From assembly GCA_000934665.2 (NCBI GenBank), contig JYFJ02000928.1, forward strand, positions 62,001-100,617: a DNA stretch of 38,617 nt. Reading direction: 5' to 3'. The notes beneath the pieces were generated by a model. The model saw nothing but the letters and a program-made list of their open reading frames with translations. It made no database searches and was not told the DNA's origin. This document shows positions 1 through 12,480 of the stretch, in pieces. A program made the translations under genes and the position numbers. Position 1 is the first letter of the stretch; each line of letters begins with the position of its first letter. This stretch comes from Catajapyx aquilonaris (taxonomy: Eukaryota).

Positions 1-59
1 CTAGTGCAATAGTTGCGTGCGGCAAGTTGCCTTTAAGATCAATCCTGGAGATTTTTCCT

Positions 60-1000
60 ACGCAATTACATGAGCTTTTGGGAGAGCTCTGATACAATCC
101 TCTCCCCCAACTCCCGAGCCGAAATCCAGTACCTAGAAAGAAATCTTAGGAGCGAGGGGGGTAGTAAGATTACTGTGAGTAAATCCTCATAGGCCAAATT
201 TTCTTCAGCACTGGAAGAAAACCGTCAGCCGGAATAAAATATGAGCCATTTCTACCCTTCATGTAAATGCCTCGAAATCATCATTCCCGTTCAGCTGAGG
301 GAGCTTTTGGCTTCCTTCTGAATACAGTCCTGATTGATTACTGGTCCTGCTGAGTGCGTCTTAGCGGGGTTGCCGAAAATCTGTCCCCAGTACACACATG
401 TTTCCAATGGTATGACGACAGGGGTGTAATATAATATTAACCCTGCTGGCGAAACGGGTCATTGTGGGAGCTTGAATATCGTGGCATGCCGGCGATTGGT
501 GCCGGTGAATTATGACCGTAGCCTCGCCCGCTTTGATTGAAGGTACAAAAGCGAGGTGAACAATAAAACTGTCGGGATTTATGGCGACTTAATTATTGAG
601 TGCCAGGTTATATTGAACCCGGGCTTGATGAGGGCTGGGGGCCTCTCGTTTGCTGCATTAAATTGTTGTGAAAAATGTACTGATTTTTTTTCTGGGCGTG
701 TGCACTTGGGCTATATTTTCAGAGTCATAAGAGAGACTCATCCTGCACGTACAACGGGTCCAAAAGTAGGCCATGGGAGTGGTGACTGTCTACGTGTCAG
801 GATAATAAAAGAGCTATGCCGTAAATTATCCTGCGCCATAGTAACTATACCATAAAAAATTAACCATACGGGGAAGGACACTGTTGTTAGAGATGACTAG
901 GGCTTGAATTATTAAGTGTGTCTGCGCACCACTCAAATTTATTTTGTCTTCGAGAGAAGGTGGATTATGAGGGTATGTGATAAGGAGCAGACTCCATAAA
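60..1000 (-). mobile_element. Possible decayed LTR-retrotransposon protease region; approximate
   Basis: PALIKPGFNIT (~ALIDxG) followed by CVLGTDF (~ILGxDF). Otherwise stop-ridden. Confidence 0.25.
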
Positions 1001-2463
1001 TTAAATTAAGGTGTTTTTAAACGACTATAACCCATCAAAATGCCCAGACGTTCCGTAAATTACATCTACGTAACAGTGACCTAGACCCTCCTTCTCACCT
1101 CTCGTAAAAATCTTCCTTCAGTTAGTCAGTGACCCACCACGAAGCATTTCTTGCTAACAATGTAACGAACTGTGAGACAATTTCATTTGATAAATTCACC
1201 CGTAGATATCATACAATTCTTGTTATATCGCTTGATGAAGTCCATTTAGTCGATTTATGATGAGCCAGCAAGCCAAGATTTCCTACATTCACAAGCACGT
1301 AAACAAGTGCAAGGTCAAATCATTGCTTTGGATAATTTCGATTTTTTGTTTCACTTGGTGGCCTGCCCATAATATTTTGAATGGAATAGTTAAAAAGTTC
1401 CAGGGTCGTGGCTCCACCTAAAAGAATGTGTATAACCCAGACCCAAATCCCATTTCCTCCAACTAGCTCTAGTCACCGTATCTTAGTTGACCCTTAGTAA
1501 GAGAAGCACATAATTTATGGAAGGCCTCTAAGTAGGGCCTGCTTATTTTGGTAGAGTGGAGGGAATGATTCTGACTGGAAAACCGGGACTGTTAAAACCA
1601 AGGATATGGATGTCGTTTATGGAGATAAGTTAAGGACTGGCTTATCAGGCGCGTGCGTCCATCAGCTCTACCGGTGGCGTCCCGTATTAAGGAGGAGGGC
1701 TTCCGTAGGCAAATGGCGTTGAAACCGGAGGCCGAGCATCCTCCAACCCTAAAAGGATGCAGCTCCGCCCTTGATGAACGCCGTAAAACTGCGTCCTAAG
1801 CCGAGGTGCATTTTAACGAGGCTTCCTTATTCTCCTGGCGTGGAGCAGTTGAGGAAAAAATCGATGGTCCGCCATTAAAACGATGCTGGGGAAATTCCGT
1901 GGCAGATGAGTCTAATTATATAGAAAAGGCAATTTTGGGATCAGTTGGTTGTAGCTGCGAGACTGGAGGCGAACGAAGAAATATTTGGCATAGCGAGCAA
2001 TGCATTATCTAAGAGGCAGCCGGAACGTTTGTGATTAAATTAATGGTGGAATGTGGAGAAATAACTTAGCACAAAAGCGGGTGGGAGTTCAGACGCCGTG
2101 ATGTAATGACATCGAAACCCTCAGAGTTTGAGTTGTATCTGGAAGAGAATGATAGCGCCCAAAGTCAATAGTACTGGTGCATACATTTCAATTGCTTTAT
2201 TAGATATTATATTGCTAGTGCTATAATATTATATTGGTGAAACTACTCGTATATGATGTGTTTGTATACAGATACTTTCTTAACGTGTGGGATTCCTTAA
2301 TCGAATGTTTCCATGATCACATAATGGACCAATACATTGCTCTACCGCGTGATTTACTATCGGTCTGTTGAACTACTAACAACTAATAAGCTAATGGTTG
2401 AGTTCCCCTTGTTTTACCTATACTGAGAGCAGTTATTATCACTTTTGTCAGGCGAGGATGCTT

Positions 2464-3037
2464 ACAAGGGAAGGTCAAGGGGTGATAATGACGGATCTTG
2501 ATGAAATTTAACATGCTAATACAGGACAATATATGATACCCAAGAATGAAATATTTCGTGCGGAGGCCCATATTTGCAAAAGTTATGACGTCTTAAAGTT
2601 CCAAAAATAATACATTTTCATTCATAATGGGATTACATTAGCGACCACATATAATGACATTGAAGTGTGTAATCAGTTTCTACACTTTTTCTCGTCGGAA
2701 AAAAGTCCTACAGAACGGCTCTGTCCGTCCGTCCGTCTGTGTACAGGTATCAAGACCTAAACCGTAAGAGATACAGAGCCGTTATGTAGGACTTTTTTCC
2801 GATGAGACAAAGTGTAGAAACTGATTACACTCTTCAATGTCATTATATGCGGTCGCTAATGTAATCCCATTATGAACGCAATGAAAATGTTTTTTTTGGG
2901 AACTTTAAGACGTCATAACGTTTGCAAATATGGGCCTCCGCATGAAATATTTCATTTTGGGGTATCATATATTGTCCTGTATTAGCATGTTAAATTTCAT
3001 CAAGATCCGTCATTATCACCCTGTGACCTTCCCTTGT
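2464..3037. mobile_element. Long fold-back palindrome (MITE-like arms, HINE/DINE-1-like centre)
   Basis: Inverted arms 2464-2724 and 2773-3037 with scattered mismatches and small indels. The 48-bp spacer begins with a (GTCC)n run. No clear TSD. Confidence 0.85.
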
Positions 3038-3843
3038 TAGTATGCCAACATTCGGCAAGACGTCAAATAATGGAGTGACTCATGTTTATTTTAAGAGGTA
3101 TGAGCTATGGCAGTGTTGGGAGAATGACGAATGGAATAAATGCCCCGGAAGGCAAAATTGCTCCTGTCATTCTCAAAAAAATCTCTTCAAACAGTGACTC
3201 ATGATGCCCATGTTCTCTTGCAGAGAGGTTTCTATTTACCACGACCACACAAAATCAGACAGAACAGTGCACTCTGCACTGGTGACCTTTCATCTGCACC
3301 TTGATTGCCTATTGCTAACACTTTTCCAATAGCATTATTATCTAGCTGAATATATTATGCTAGGACGGTGCTACATGCACAATAATTAGCAAATAATTGT
3401 AGTATTACTCGGCACAATGTTGCTAACTCCACAGGGGAATAGTGAGGATGATAGGGGGCAAGGAAAAAATGCCAGGGGACTAAGGTATCAAAATCCAGAA
3501 CTATATTTCAACATGTCCGTCCAGCAGAACGGCTAAACGAGAACTTCTGAGGATTTCGAAACAAACTCTGGAAGCCTTCAACAAACAGTTACATAGCAAC
3601 CGTCTCCATTCTACAAACCAGGCAGCAGTAATCTGTTCTTTTCCAGGACTCAGACCTTGCAAAATTCAAAATAATACATCTTGTTACTATTTTATTTATA
3701 AACACTCGAAATTTCATGTACCAAGGTAGTAATATTTTAGTGGCGGAACCTCATTTCCGGAGGAAAAATTTGTACGAAACATTTTCATCAACTAGCCTAT
3801 ACAATTGCCGTCAGATAGAAGACAGTACCTCAAAAACTGGTAA

Positions 3844-3924
3844 GGGTGAAAGTCGCATGCATATGCCCTGCACTAATCCCCCCCTGACTCAGATTAGTGC
3901 AGGGCATGCATGCGACTTTCACTC
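3844..3924. mobile_element. 81-bp hairpin MITE, PIF/Harbinger (Tourist)-like
   Basis: ~32-bp inverted arms G(G/A)GTGAAAGTCGCATGC...TGCCCTGCACTAATC, flanked by TAA and TTA. Confidence 0.65.
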
Positions 3925-3935
3925 TTAATAGTTTT

Positions 3936-4270
3936 AGACTTTTTCGAGAGAAAAAGTCTTATAGAACGGCTCTGTCTGTCTGCATGTCTGTGGGCAGGTA
4001 TCAGACAGACAGACAGAGCCGTGCTGTAAGACTTTTTTTTCGATTTTCTGGTTACGGGTTCACTCTATCCGCCCTTTCCCCCTGGCTGCCCCGTCCCCCT
4101 ACCGTCCCTTTCCCCCACCATCCCCTACCCCTTACCGCCCATTCTCCCCAGACCGTCCCTGCCCCCCTGACCTACCAGTCCCCCTGACCTCCTCCTACCC
4201 CATGATCCCTGATACCTGTCCACAGACGGACGGACGGACAGCCGTGCTATAAGACTTTTTCCGATGGATG
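3936..4270. mobile_element. HINE/DINE-1-like (Helentron-associated) fragments with a C-rich tract
   Basis: Three copies (one forward, two inverted) of AAAAAGTCTTAYAG(A/C)ACGGCT-(CTGT/CCGT)n; two of them continue into CAGGTATCA. The same motif lies at 2699-2752. C-rich tract at ~4070-4200. Family assignment rests on the GTCY microsatellite and is an inference. Confidence 0.55.
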
Positions 4271-5009
4271 AAAAAAGGTCGAAAAGATGGATTTGCTAGG
4301 ATAGATTTTTTTAAAGGGGAAAGGGGAGGTCTGGGGGTAGGAGGAGAGAGAAATAAGTATTAATTTATTTCTCGCAAAGTACGACGATCTAAGCAAATTC
4401 CTCTGGCATGGTTCTCAAGGTTGTTATTCCACATATTTTCACGCATTTCATAATTAAATCAGCGTAACAGTTGGTCGGCAGTACTCTAATTTCGAGTTTT
4501 TATAGCGTTGGTTTTGGTAATTAATTTAGGGACTTCTAGACGAGTAACATTGTTCCAGACTCATTCACAGTGTTTTCCTGATCTGGTAAGTATAACTGTT
4601 ATTATTTGTAAAATATCTTGTGCGTATCTTCGGAGTACGCGTAATACAAAATCAGTGTGGTTCGGGCCTATCTGGTAGCGAAGGGGTTAAAGTGGTTACT
4701 GGAGTGAACAATTCGTGCCTACTTCCCCTATACTGGAACTGGGGATACCACGTTGTGTAGTGTATGGCTGCTTAAAACTGCATCAAACACATCCAGATAT
4801 ATAGTGAGCCTACATGCTATTCAGACACAGTCAATTTTGGACGTATCGAACCCCTGTCACAGCATCATGTATTATTTGGTACTGGAAGCCGCCTGTTTTA
4901 CTAGTATGCCTTCCCTGCAATTCAGTTCCCATAGCATCTATAATTGCTGAAATGCACAGGTATGATGACGGTTTCTTGGTGTCAGCTGTTGTCGCGCATA
5001 GTAAACGTA

Positions 5010-5107
5010 CTATATCGCTCAAAAACAGAGACGATTTTGCATTTGACTCAAGCGCAGCCTGCACTGGAATCAAATGCAAAATCGCTCTATATTTTTGAGC
5101 GATATAG
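5010..5107. mobile_element. 98-bp hairpin MITE with TA TSD (Tc1/mariner-like)
   Basis: TA|CTATATCGCTCAAAAA...TTTTTGAGCGATATAG|TA. The interior also pairs (CGATTTTGCATTTGA / TCAAATGCAAAATCG). Confidence 0.8.
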
Positions 5108-5519
5108 TACGTAATGATCACTTTTCCCGAGTTCAATTGACATGGATGTAGGCTACTGTAACGACAGTAGCTTGTATTATACAGGAAATATAATTCATGG
5201 AGACGTGAAGGATTGAAAAGTTGAGTAGAATGAGATATATTTTGAACCTTATAAAAGCAGTAGGTGATAATATTGTGACGTTAGGTTCTAACGAAGTTGA
5301 TTTATAACCGCTGCGGCTGTGTTGATGTATGAGGTGAGTCAGATCCAAAGAAAAGGACAACGGAAGGGTTATCCTTTCCTAGAGCATAGGCCAAGGGAAG
5401 CCCCATGTAGGATGAAGATTTGAAATGAAAAACTATGAGTCACATATTGGTCAACAGTCAATTATGCATTACGTAAAATACATAGGTATTGATGTTCGCT
5501 TTCTGACCGTCAAGCCCGG

Positions 5520-7132
5520 TTTTAATTAAAGAAATATATTACAGACCCTAACATGTTTGAAAAATAATGGTCTCCTTATGGTCTAATGCAATATTCAACC
5601 ATGAAATCCCCATATTTCAAAATGCGCATTTCACATACATTTCTTTGTGTGAGTCTACAGTAGATCCACCTGCGAATACAAATAAGGCAAAATGAAAATT
5701 GAATAGTAAACTACATTCTTTCATACTTAACTACATATACATCGCATCATGTTCTGAGAGTGACCACCGTCTGCTTTTGGATGAGTTTCAGCTGCATGTT
5801 GCCGGTATTGCATTTGCATTTATTGAATTTGCAATGTTTTCTTTCAAAGCGTCAGTTAACAAAGTTTGTCGACCTATAAGAGGAACCTACAAAGAGAGAA
5901 ATTCGGGCGACAATAGCAGGGCTTCTACATGGATTATTGGAAATCACTCGATTCTCAGCCTCATTCTGAAATTAGCTTCGGCAAATTTTTCGATTACATT
6001 TTAACTGTTCACGCTGTATATTTTGCCCACTGCCATGGTACATTTGCACAAGAAATAAGATAATGCAACATCTGTAGTACCATATGATGAGACAATGACT
6101 GCCACCTTCCACTTGACGCAGACTAATTATTATGTATGATATGACGATTCCTGCGTTTAATACTGTTACTGGTATCCTCTATAAACAAGCAGGCTGCACC
6201 CTGTACTTTGCTCATTTTTTTCCTTTACACCTTATACCACATCCATCTACTTTTGTCGCGCAGCCTGTGCAATTAGGTCAGTGGATGCTGCAGTTGTACG
6301 GGTACCGCAACGTCCACGTGACGCCAAGTTTTGCAGGGCAAACTTCATAAGCAAGACAAGCATTCTCATCAACGTCAAGCTGACAGGACAACCATGATCC
6401 CCAACCTTAATCTTAGCCGTTGACTCCTCTGCAGTTGAGCCAATCATTTTCGCATAATGAAAATGCTTGGTCCAAAATTTGAAACCCGCACGAACGCTCT
6501 ACGTTAGAGAGGCGGTAAACATGTGGCCGGGGTAGGTCGGAGGACCAGCTGGTGATCGATACGTGACCAGTAATCAGCATTCATCGGAGATCAGGTGCGC
6601 CACGACGTAGAGCCGCATCCCCCCCGACGCATAATTATCCAATCCTGATGTAGTGGTGCGTCTCGGGTTTTGGCGTCTGTACCCGACAGCCGTCTAAAGC
6701 ATGATCGATGCAGTGATGACGAGGGAGATGGAAAAAAAATATTAATATGCATGGAGCATTCGCTCAATGGGAATAGCTATAGCTAGGAACCGATTATGTA
6801 AAAACGCCAGGGACAAAAGAGCACGGTGGTGTGCTGGGTTCGCTTCACTGTGTAATTCAGATGTCGGGTTTGGCACGCTACGGTGCTTTGGTGGTGTCCC
6901 TTCAGGTGTGGTTGGGTTCGTTGTGGAAAACGGATGGGAAAGCTTGTTGTTTGGTCCGGCTTAAAATGTATGGACACAAGCTTTTTTTGTCAACTACCGC
7001 GGACGGGTGGACAGAAAGATGGAGGTAAATCGACGACATTTTGGCCACGGCTTTCCACCCTGGCCAGAAAGTCTTAATTTTCAGGTAATGTAGTATTACG
7101 AGACAATGAAGCACAAGTCCAGGGATTAACAT
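5520..7132 (-). pseudogene. Possible highly decayed GR-like pseudogene; boundaries approximate
   Basis: Ordered minus-strand fragments with GR flavour: LHYLKIKTFW, LLSLAFLHNRFLAI, VKEKNEQSTGCSLL, hydrophobic stretches, then pyrimidine-rich acceptors at 5887 and 5670 followed by VDLL*TH...FEIWGF and MLGSVIYF. Many stops and frameshifts. Recognised by eye only. Confidence 0.35.
6484..6739 (+). mobile_element. GC-rich, structured, A-tailed insertion (SINE or LINE 3'-end-like)
   Basis: Abrupt rise in GC content, several internal stems, ends in A8. No tRNA A/B boxes or convincing TSD seen. Confidence 0.4.
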
Positions 7133-10100
7133 GGCGTTAATGGGATTTTATGGCGCTTAACATTATTTATTAGTGTACAAGAATTTTAGCCCTTTCTACC
7201 CGGACATAACGTGGACTATATCTACGCTTATAACTCAAAAATGGACATTTTTTTTGAGTTACCCGATGGCTCCGAGGGCCACAAATTGTGTCATTATTCT
7301 TCATTTGCGCTGGTTTTGTCACCGGGGAGTGGATTCTAAATCAGTCATGATCACATGCGGTCAAGTTTCAAATTGAGATTTCACGCGTTTAGCAGCACCA
7401 AAAAAAAAAGTATTTCAGTTTGATATTTTTTGCCTTTCGGACTAAATGGAACATAATTTATGAATAGGGTCCCGAGAGTTGTCAGCCGACTAATATTGCC
7501 AAATTGCCACAAATTAGCTTTATGTAATCGAGGCCCGAACCCTATTCTACAATGCAGTGCAATTTATCGACGGTCGATTGAGAAATTAGCGGCCCATAAA
7601 TGATAAAGCCGAGCATCCTCCAGAGATAGTAACGGTGCGTCAGTGTTTTCACTTCCATAATCGCACTATAATAATTTATTTCATTCTCATAATGAGAATC
7701 GCATATGGTCATTCAGGCAAGGCTTCCCCAGGTTGTAAAACCCTGCAACACAAGGGTTTCCTCGTCTACTAGGAAGCTTAGACAAGCGACCCAAGTTGGG
7801 TACGACCCAATTAGCAAGCGGCAGCAATCGGCCGCATGTTAGTCGGAAACCTGCAAAGAAATTAGCGCTCCAAATGAGCCCACTTTGGGAGCCTCGACCG
7901 TCGTCGAGGAGGTCTCCGAGTCGGTGCAATTCAAGAAAAGGGGGCTCGTATGAGACTCTCCGAGGGCTCGTCAGCACTGAAGAGGACGTTCCCTAGGCCA
8001 GATATGCTCGACCTTTAGACGGCGACCTCTTCCCAGGCACCAATCAGGAGCTGGAGACGGCGGCCATCTTGGCGTGGCTCACGCGTAGCTCTTCCAAATA
8101 GGAAAGGCCAGGCTGGAATAGTGCTTGCAGTTGGAGATGGCTGGCTTGTAGGGTTGCCCGCCTTTTCTTGCAATCATTCAAGGAGAACTACACTAGACGG
8201 CACTAATGAAACTTTTGGATTAGTTAGGGTCACATAGGGTCTGCGGCAGGGGCTGCAGATATTGCGTCCCACTTAGGATTACAGGTCCTAGGATTAAATA
8301 TACAACTGCAAAAATTGTATTTATTTATTTAAGTAATGATTCAGAGCCTACAAAACAGCAGTCATGCTTTGTCTCGCGACTATAATCTGCATTCTCTATG
8401 AGAACATTACGAGACTGTCATGGAAACTCCTCCCGCAGCGTAGGGCCTACAGCAATGAGAGTGGTCTCAAAATTTTGATCGCGTTTTCTACATGTGCAAA
8501 CCACTTTTTTTTTGGAAACAGTGCCGAGGGACTCAAAAAACGCAAGAAACGCAAAAAACGCCGACCAGGGCCGTTCCACGGAATTTCAATTTCCGCCGTT
8601 CCGGGCGCCACCTCCCGGGTGGTGACTCGCTTACTTCTGCATTTCACCGTCGGATTTCGCCCCCCCCCCCTCTCTCCACTTTCGCACTTTTGCCAAATTT
8701 TTTGCCAAATTTTGGCAAGTTGGTGCCTAGTATATTTTTAAAATAGGCACATAATGGCTATTGTGCCCTGGTATTGAAATTAAATTTTTATCTCCAAGAC
8801 ATACTCTGCATTTTAGGACTACAGTTTTTCACTAATATAAAGTGTAGAATTTTAGAGCAGTTACGAATTTATTTCAAGAGCACTTTTGGTGTATCTATAG
8901 GCACCTCCCTATTGGAAATGGAAGAAAATTGGTGCGACACAGATACCGCAGGAGTGCAAAAGGGCGACTTCGTAAGGGAGAGGAGGAGACGGCAAGAGGG
9001 GGAGATAATTTGAACATTGTGCAGGCAATACAGCAGGATACTATAGGAAACCGCACTGTAGAAGAATTTCGATCTGCCCAAATTGCAGCACAAGCCCAAG
9101 GAAGAATAGTGATGTTATATACTCCAATACTACCGCTCAAAATTCATAAGTTTTGCATGACATTATTTTGTAACTGACAGGATTTTTTAGACGCCTGCTG
9201 AAACCTTATTTTTTACTAGAATAAGCCAACTTGAAATAATTCATTTAGTGTTTACCCGGAAAAGGTAAAATCAAGTAACTTATCGATGTGATGACCATGC
9301 CTTCAGTGTTGACATGAATGCAACACGAAGCAATTGAGAAATTCAATTATTGTCCTAATTAGCATAATGTGTTACACAATGTTGTCATGGTCGCATTAAT
9401 AAGCGAATATTTCATCAGGAAATCATTGAAAGTATTTTGAAATAATGAATTATCTGTAACATGAATAATTTATAACAATGTTTAATGGGAGTACACTCAG
9501 GGGCCGTGCAATAAATGAGTGAACGATGCACAATTTCTGCTCAGATTACGAATGAAATTGATTACACAGCTTTACCAAAATATAAAGAGTAAAATATTAA
9601 CTGACGGGAATAATTAACACCTATTGAAAATTATGCTTATAACTGGGTACTAAAGTGGACAATTTGAATTAATTATACAGTTGTCACGATGTATTTAACT
9701 ACCGGTACCGGTACAGTAGCGGTAGCAAGGGACAAATAACTGCAACATGAACAAAGCCTGTCGATACGTTTTACATGCCGATCATGCTCAACATGTAGTA
9801 TGTAAAACCCTAATGACATTTGCGGGTAAATCTAGGAAGGTTCATTTCCAAAATGACGAGCGTTTTGTGGCAAATGTCATGCATCGTTTTCGACTGTGAA
9901 TTGGAAGCGACTGCCTGAAAATCCAGTTTGGAAAATACTAAATATCTACCAGCGAAAGCATAAAAAACAGCTTTGGAAGTGGACTAAATAGGGATTAGCA
10001 TTGCATTGAACAAAGAGTTTTTTCTCTCCGGAAGCTCGGCACAAACACTACACAGCGAATGCATATAACTGAGGAATGACAGTATAGGCCTTCTCATATA

Positions 10101-10949
10101 GTTAACTGAGCGTAATGAACTATCGGGGTGGTAGCAAATCCACACTAAATAATAATCAATTATGAATGGGGCTTTTGGTAGTTGCGTTTGATTGGGTTTA
10201 GAAAGAGGAACATGACATGACGCCTGCAGAGTTTGTTTATGAAGTCCCTTTATGGCGATGAAGCCTGTTATTATTTTAGTCACTGAGCATGCTGAGCTGC
10301 CGTTAAACATTCTCCTGCTGCAGAAAGTAGGCCTATAGGTAGTCCAACAAAAATTATTATACTGGATTAACCTTCACGTTTCGTCTATAGACTGCATCTA
10401 GGATGAGCCACAAAATCCTGCTAACTGTTGTTATGCGAACTATAGAGTTAAACAATTTTATTCGGTAAGTATACCACTGTAGACTAATTCTGCTTCGTAT
10501 AAAATATACGTGCATTTAACCAACATGTGGCATAGAGCATAACCTCGAGGATTACATAGTGTACTCTAAATATTCAAAACACTTTTCCACTGCTACAGTG
10601 TGTGAGCATATGTAACTTCGCTGCACAGGCTTATTTCAAGCTATATAGCTTGAAATGGACCTAGACTTTTCCTCACTGCTGGGAAAATACCACTAACGTT
10701 CCCATTTGGAACTTTCATACGTTAGAAGAGAAAGAGGCAACACCTCATCATAATTGAAGTAAGACTTGAATGAGCACTTCTCGGCTTTTTACATCCATTT
10801 TGTTCGTCGGCAAGCAAAGGGCTCGAATTCGGTCCGGGTCCAATCAAGTTTAGCGACGAACCGTCCCAGTAATTTCCAGTTAGCACGACTCGCCACTTAG
10901 GCCGAATTGGAACTGGCCCCGTCATACATTCGTCCATGTCGTGTTATTT

Positions 10950-12480
10950 GTTGCCCATGGAACTAATGTTGGGATCAAGTGACATATAACACTGGGATCC
11001 TGCAGGAAATAATGGCTGTTGGCTAATTATAGACACTCTAGTAAAGAGGAGGTGGCATTTTTATGCCTCGTCCAATACTGAGCCCTGTTTCCTAATTAAA
11101 ATGTATTTTTTTTTATTCCCATAAATAGTTGGCACTCATACTGGCTACCAGTACTATCCGTTATTTGAAACTAAATTACATCGAATAGATTGCACTAATC
11201 ACAGCCAACTCCTGCAAAGTGGGTTACTGCTAAATATCATTCTCAGGCAGGCTTTTGAAACAAAATCTTGTGTCAAGTGACACGAAAAAAACACGTGGAA
11301 AATACAGAAATAATGAAATTCATATTAGCCTGAGCATCATTGAGTAAAACGGTCCTTATGGATATTATTTCAGTATTTTTCATTAGCATTTGAAGGCAAA
11401 AAAAAATCTATTTTGTATGCAACCTCGCAGAACAAAAAAAAAACGGAGATTAAAGTCTTACAGTATAACACACTGTAGTTGGGCCAGGGAGATTGAAATT
11501 CCGCTCTAAAGAATCAAGCAGTGATTCAAAATTGGATTTTGGAGCAATGTAGGAAGATTATAGTCGCTTTATTTATTAGCCTTTTTCGCAGGGTCTGTTT
11601 TCTGCTACACGCATTCACTCCAGTGCATTAATAGTCGAGTTTGAACATGTCTTTTCCTGAAAGGGAGTAGGGAGCGAATTGTTCCTAATCCTCTCATTTG
11701 GCAGAGGAATGGAGAGCTAAAGTTGGCAGAAAAGAGCTCTTTCAGGCCAAAGAGATATAACCCTTTTCCAGGAGAAAAAAAAGAGCTCCGATTAAATCCC
11801 AAGTTTTCTCAACAGATCTGAAGCACACAGTGCAGTATATAGTGTGATTTAAACCAGAATAATACTTACAATTATTATTGAAGATTTGAAAATGAGAACC
11901 GGTTAAGTCCTACAGCAAGCTAGAGGATTTTACTGATTAAATAATTTAAAGTGTTTCTTAGCTCTGATTATTTAAAATATTAGCAAGGACCTTGCTAATA
12001 GTTGCTTCGATTTGATTGTAGCCAAATAACAGTTATTACGCCCTGAAAAAATAGCTAAAGTGCCTAAAAGACTGGCTGGAAAATAAGTTTCCAGTGAATC
12101 GGCAAGATCAATCTCGTGGTAAGAGCTTCGGAGAAAAGATACGGTCGGCACCTGAGAGATACTCATTCTCTGGGGAGTTCACATACACTCGGAGGCTTTT
12201 CCAGTGCCACTCGGACCAAAATTCCCGAGGCTTTCTTATCGGTTAGAGATGTCGCACAATTCAAGGTTTGAGATGTTTCTCGGAGAAGAAAGTCGGTGAA
12301 AGCCAACACTTTGGAGGACATGTCCGGATGACTTCCTATACCGACTTCAGCCTGGGACGAATTGGCGGATTTTGGTGACAAACTGTGGGATTTGCGTCAG
12401 ATTGGGGGCAGATACAAGTTACTGTAGCAGCCCTTTTTTTCTCCCTCCAACAGCGTGATGGGCTTTAAAAGTTTTCATTT
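10950..12480 (-). mobile_element. Decayed L1/Tx1-like LINE ORF2 (endonuclease region); approximate
   Basis: Ordered relic motifs: IDLADSLETYF (~DIIFLQETH), GTLAIFS (~GVAIL), KLDY (~RLDY), LDEA*KC (~EGEK). Many stops. Confidence 0.4.

Noticed and set aside
4663..4690. piggyBac-like end AGGGG|TTAA
   Set aside because: No partner TIR found in the window.
9700..10320. Weak GR-like fragments (MHDICHK, ARHFG)
   Set aside because: Too few and too short to distinguish from chance.
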